Shown here: piece by piece, positions 63,131 through 64,000 of the stretch
How the letters are laid out: each line of letters begins with the position of its first letter
Numbering within the stretch: the first letter of the stretch is position 1
Source of the DNA: a virus
Lineage: Duplodnaviria > Caudoviricetes
Reading direction: 5' to 3' (one strand)
Length of the DNA stretch: 64,000 bases
Virus record (IMG/VR): IMGVR_UViG_3300009085_000025
Coordinates: 17,232-81,231 of that record
Notes under the pieces: model-generated
Database searches by the model: none
What the model saw: only the letters and a program-made list of their open reading frames with translations
What the model was told of the DNA's origin: nothing
Position numbers and translations under genes: made by a program

Positions 63131-64000
63131 TTGAATAAATTACAACAGTTTTACATACTGAGTTTTGATAGTGCATATCTAAAACGCCATAATTATAAAA
63201 TAAAGAATATAACACTGAACGACGCCAGAAGAGACAACTTGGTAATCTCGATTTCTCAATCTCAATTGGTTGATACTATTTTTGAGGTCAGCAGAAATTC
63301 ATCATTTTCAAAATATGAGTTGGAAACACTGTGGAAAACAAGAGCTCGATTGAGGCGCAAGAAGCACGACACAGAAGTAGCCAGCGAGATAGCCAAGCTT
63401 TCCGATGAGATTGATAAAACATTGTTCATTCAGGAAATAGTGAGCATAACCTTTGAGCATGTCGCTCATTATAAAAAGTCCGTAAAAGATGGCATCATCA
63501 TAAACGGAAAAAAATATGTGCGCCTTATGGCTGGCGCTGGACACCTGAGAAGAAAAACGGTTTTATTTGTCAGAAGCGATTTACAAGAAAGATTATTGGG
63601 GATATTCGAGAACGGCATCAATAAAAATAAACCAATCAACATGAGCAAGTTTGGCGCATACATGGGGATGTTTTCTTCTGCGGGTCGTAGAGTTAGAGAG
63701 CCAAGATATGTTGTGGTAAAAGACTTGGAAATGGTTAGAAATAATGATTTGGTTCATTTTGTAGATGCTGATAATCATGTTTCAGAAAAAAGAATGAACG
63801 TATCCCTAAATGTTTTTGACGGAATGGGTTTGGTCAGCACACATATGGCAAAGCTGTGGACGGAAGATTTAGATTTGAATCATGATGCCATTCAGTTTTT
63901 GATTCGTGCGCCATACATCAAGGGTTTATTGGTATCCTTTCCTTTTCATCTTCTGGCAAATGAAAGAGGGATTTCATCGATAACTGACATCTACGGAACA
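63131..64000 (+). CDS. YonO-like single-subunit RNA polymerase (RdRP-related), truncated by window edge
   Basis: Hand translation from TTG 63131 after GGAGG, 290 open codons: YVRLMAGAGHLRRKTVLF, SKFGAYMGMFSS, FDGMGLVS...W...L, QFLIRAPYIKGLL, TDIYG. Confidence 0.8.
   Translation, partial: MNKLQQFYILSFDSAYLKRHNYKIKNITLNDARRDNLVISISQSQLVDTIFEVSRNSSFSKYELETLWKTRARLRRKKHDTEVASEIAKLSDEIDKTLFIQEIVSITFEHVAHYKKSVKDGIIINGKKYVRLMAGAGHLRRKTVLFVRSDLQERLLGIFENGINKNKPINMSKFGAYMGMFSSAGRRVREPRYVVVKDLEMVRNNDLVHFVDADNHVSEKRMNVSLNVFDGMGLVSTHMAKLWTEDLDLNHDAIQFLIRAPYIKGLLVSFPFHLLANERGISSITDIYGT

Noticed and set aside
1-64000. Stop-codon reassignment
   Set aside because: Long genes are intact in code 11, TAA/TAG/TGA all end genes, and no suppressor tRNA was found.

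Overview
A 64-kb slice of a large AT-rich (roughly one-third GC by eye) dsDNA bacteriophage genome; no virion structural genes fall in the window. 1-21.7 kb (minus strand): replication and nucleotide module (PD-(D/E)xK exonuclease, primase-helicase, two DNA methyltransferases, SSB, AAA ATPase, ThyX-like protein, nucleotidyltransferase, DUF932) plus five CCA-less tRNAs in two clusters, each cluster enclosing a ~150-nt highly structured RNA candidate. 21.9-54.5 kb (minus): about 90 small, often acidic ORFs separated by more than 20 hairpin elements with conserved flanks but variable stems, several overlapping sigma70 promoters. 53.3-55.7 kb: AT-rich, mostly non-coding. 56.07-56.40 kb: a GC-rich insert with the hallmarks of a captured integron gene cassette (attC plus matching 5' core). 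56.5-60.4 kb (minus): SF2-like helicase, Acb2/Tad1-like protein, RlaP-like nucleotidyltransferase. From a divergent promoter at 60.5 kb (plus): DUF262, SLOG, minimal kinase and a YonO-like RNA polymerase running off the window. Lipoprotein style and the attC type suggest an Anaerolineae (Chloroflexota) host (inference). All family calls are from motif recognition, not database searches.
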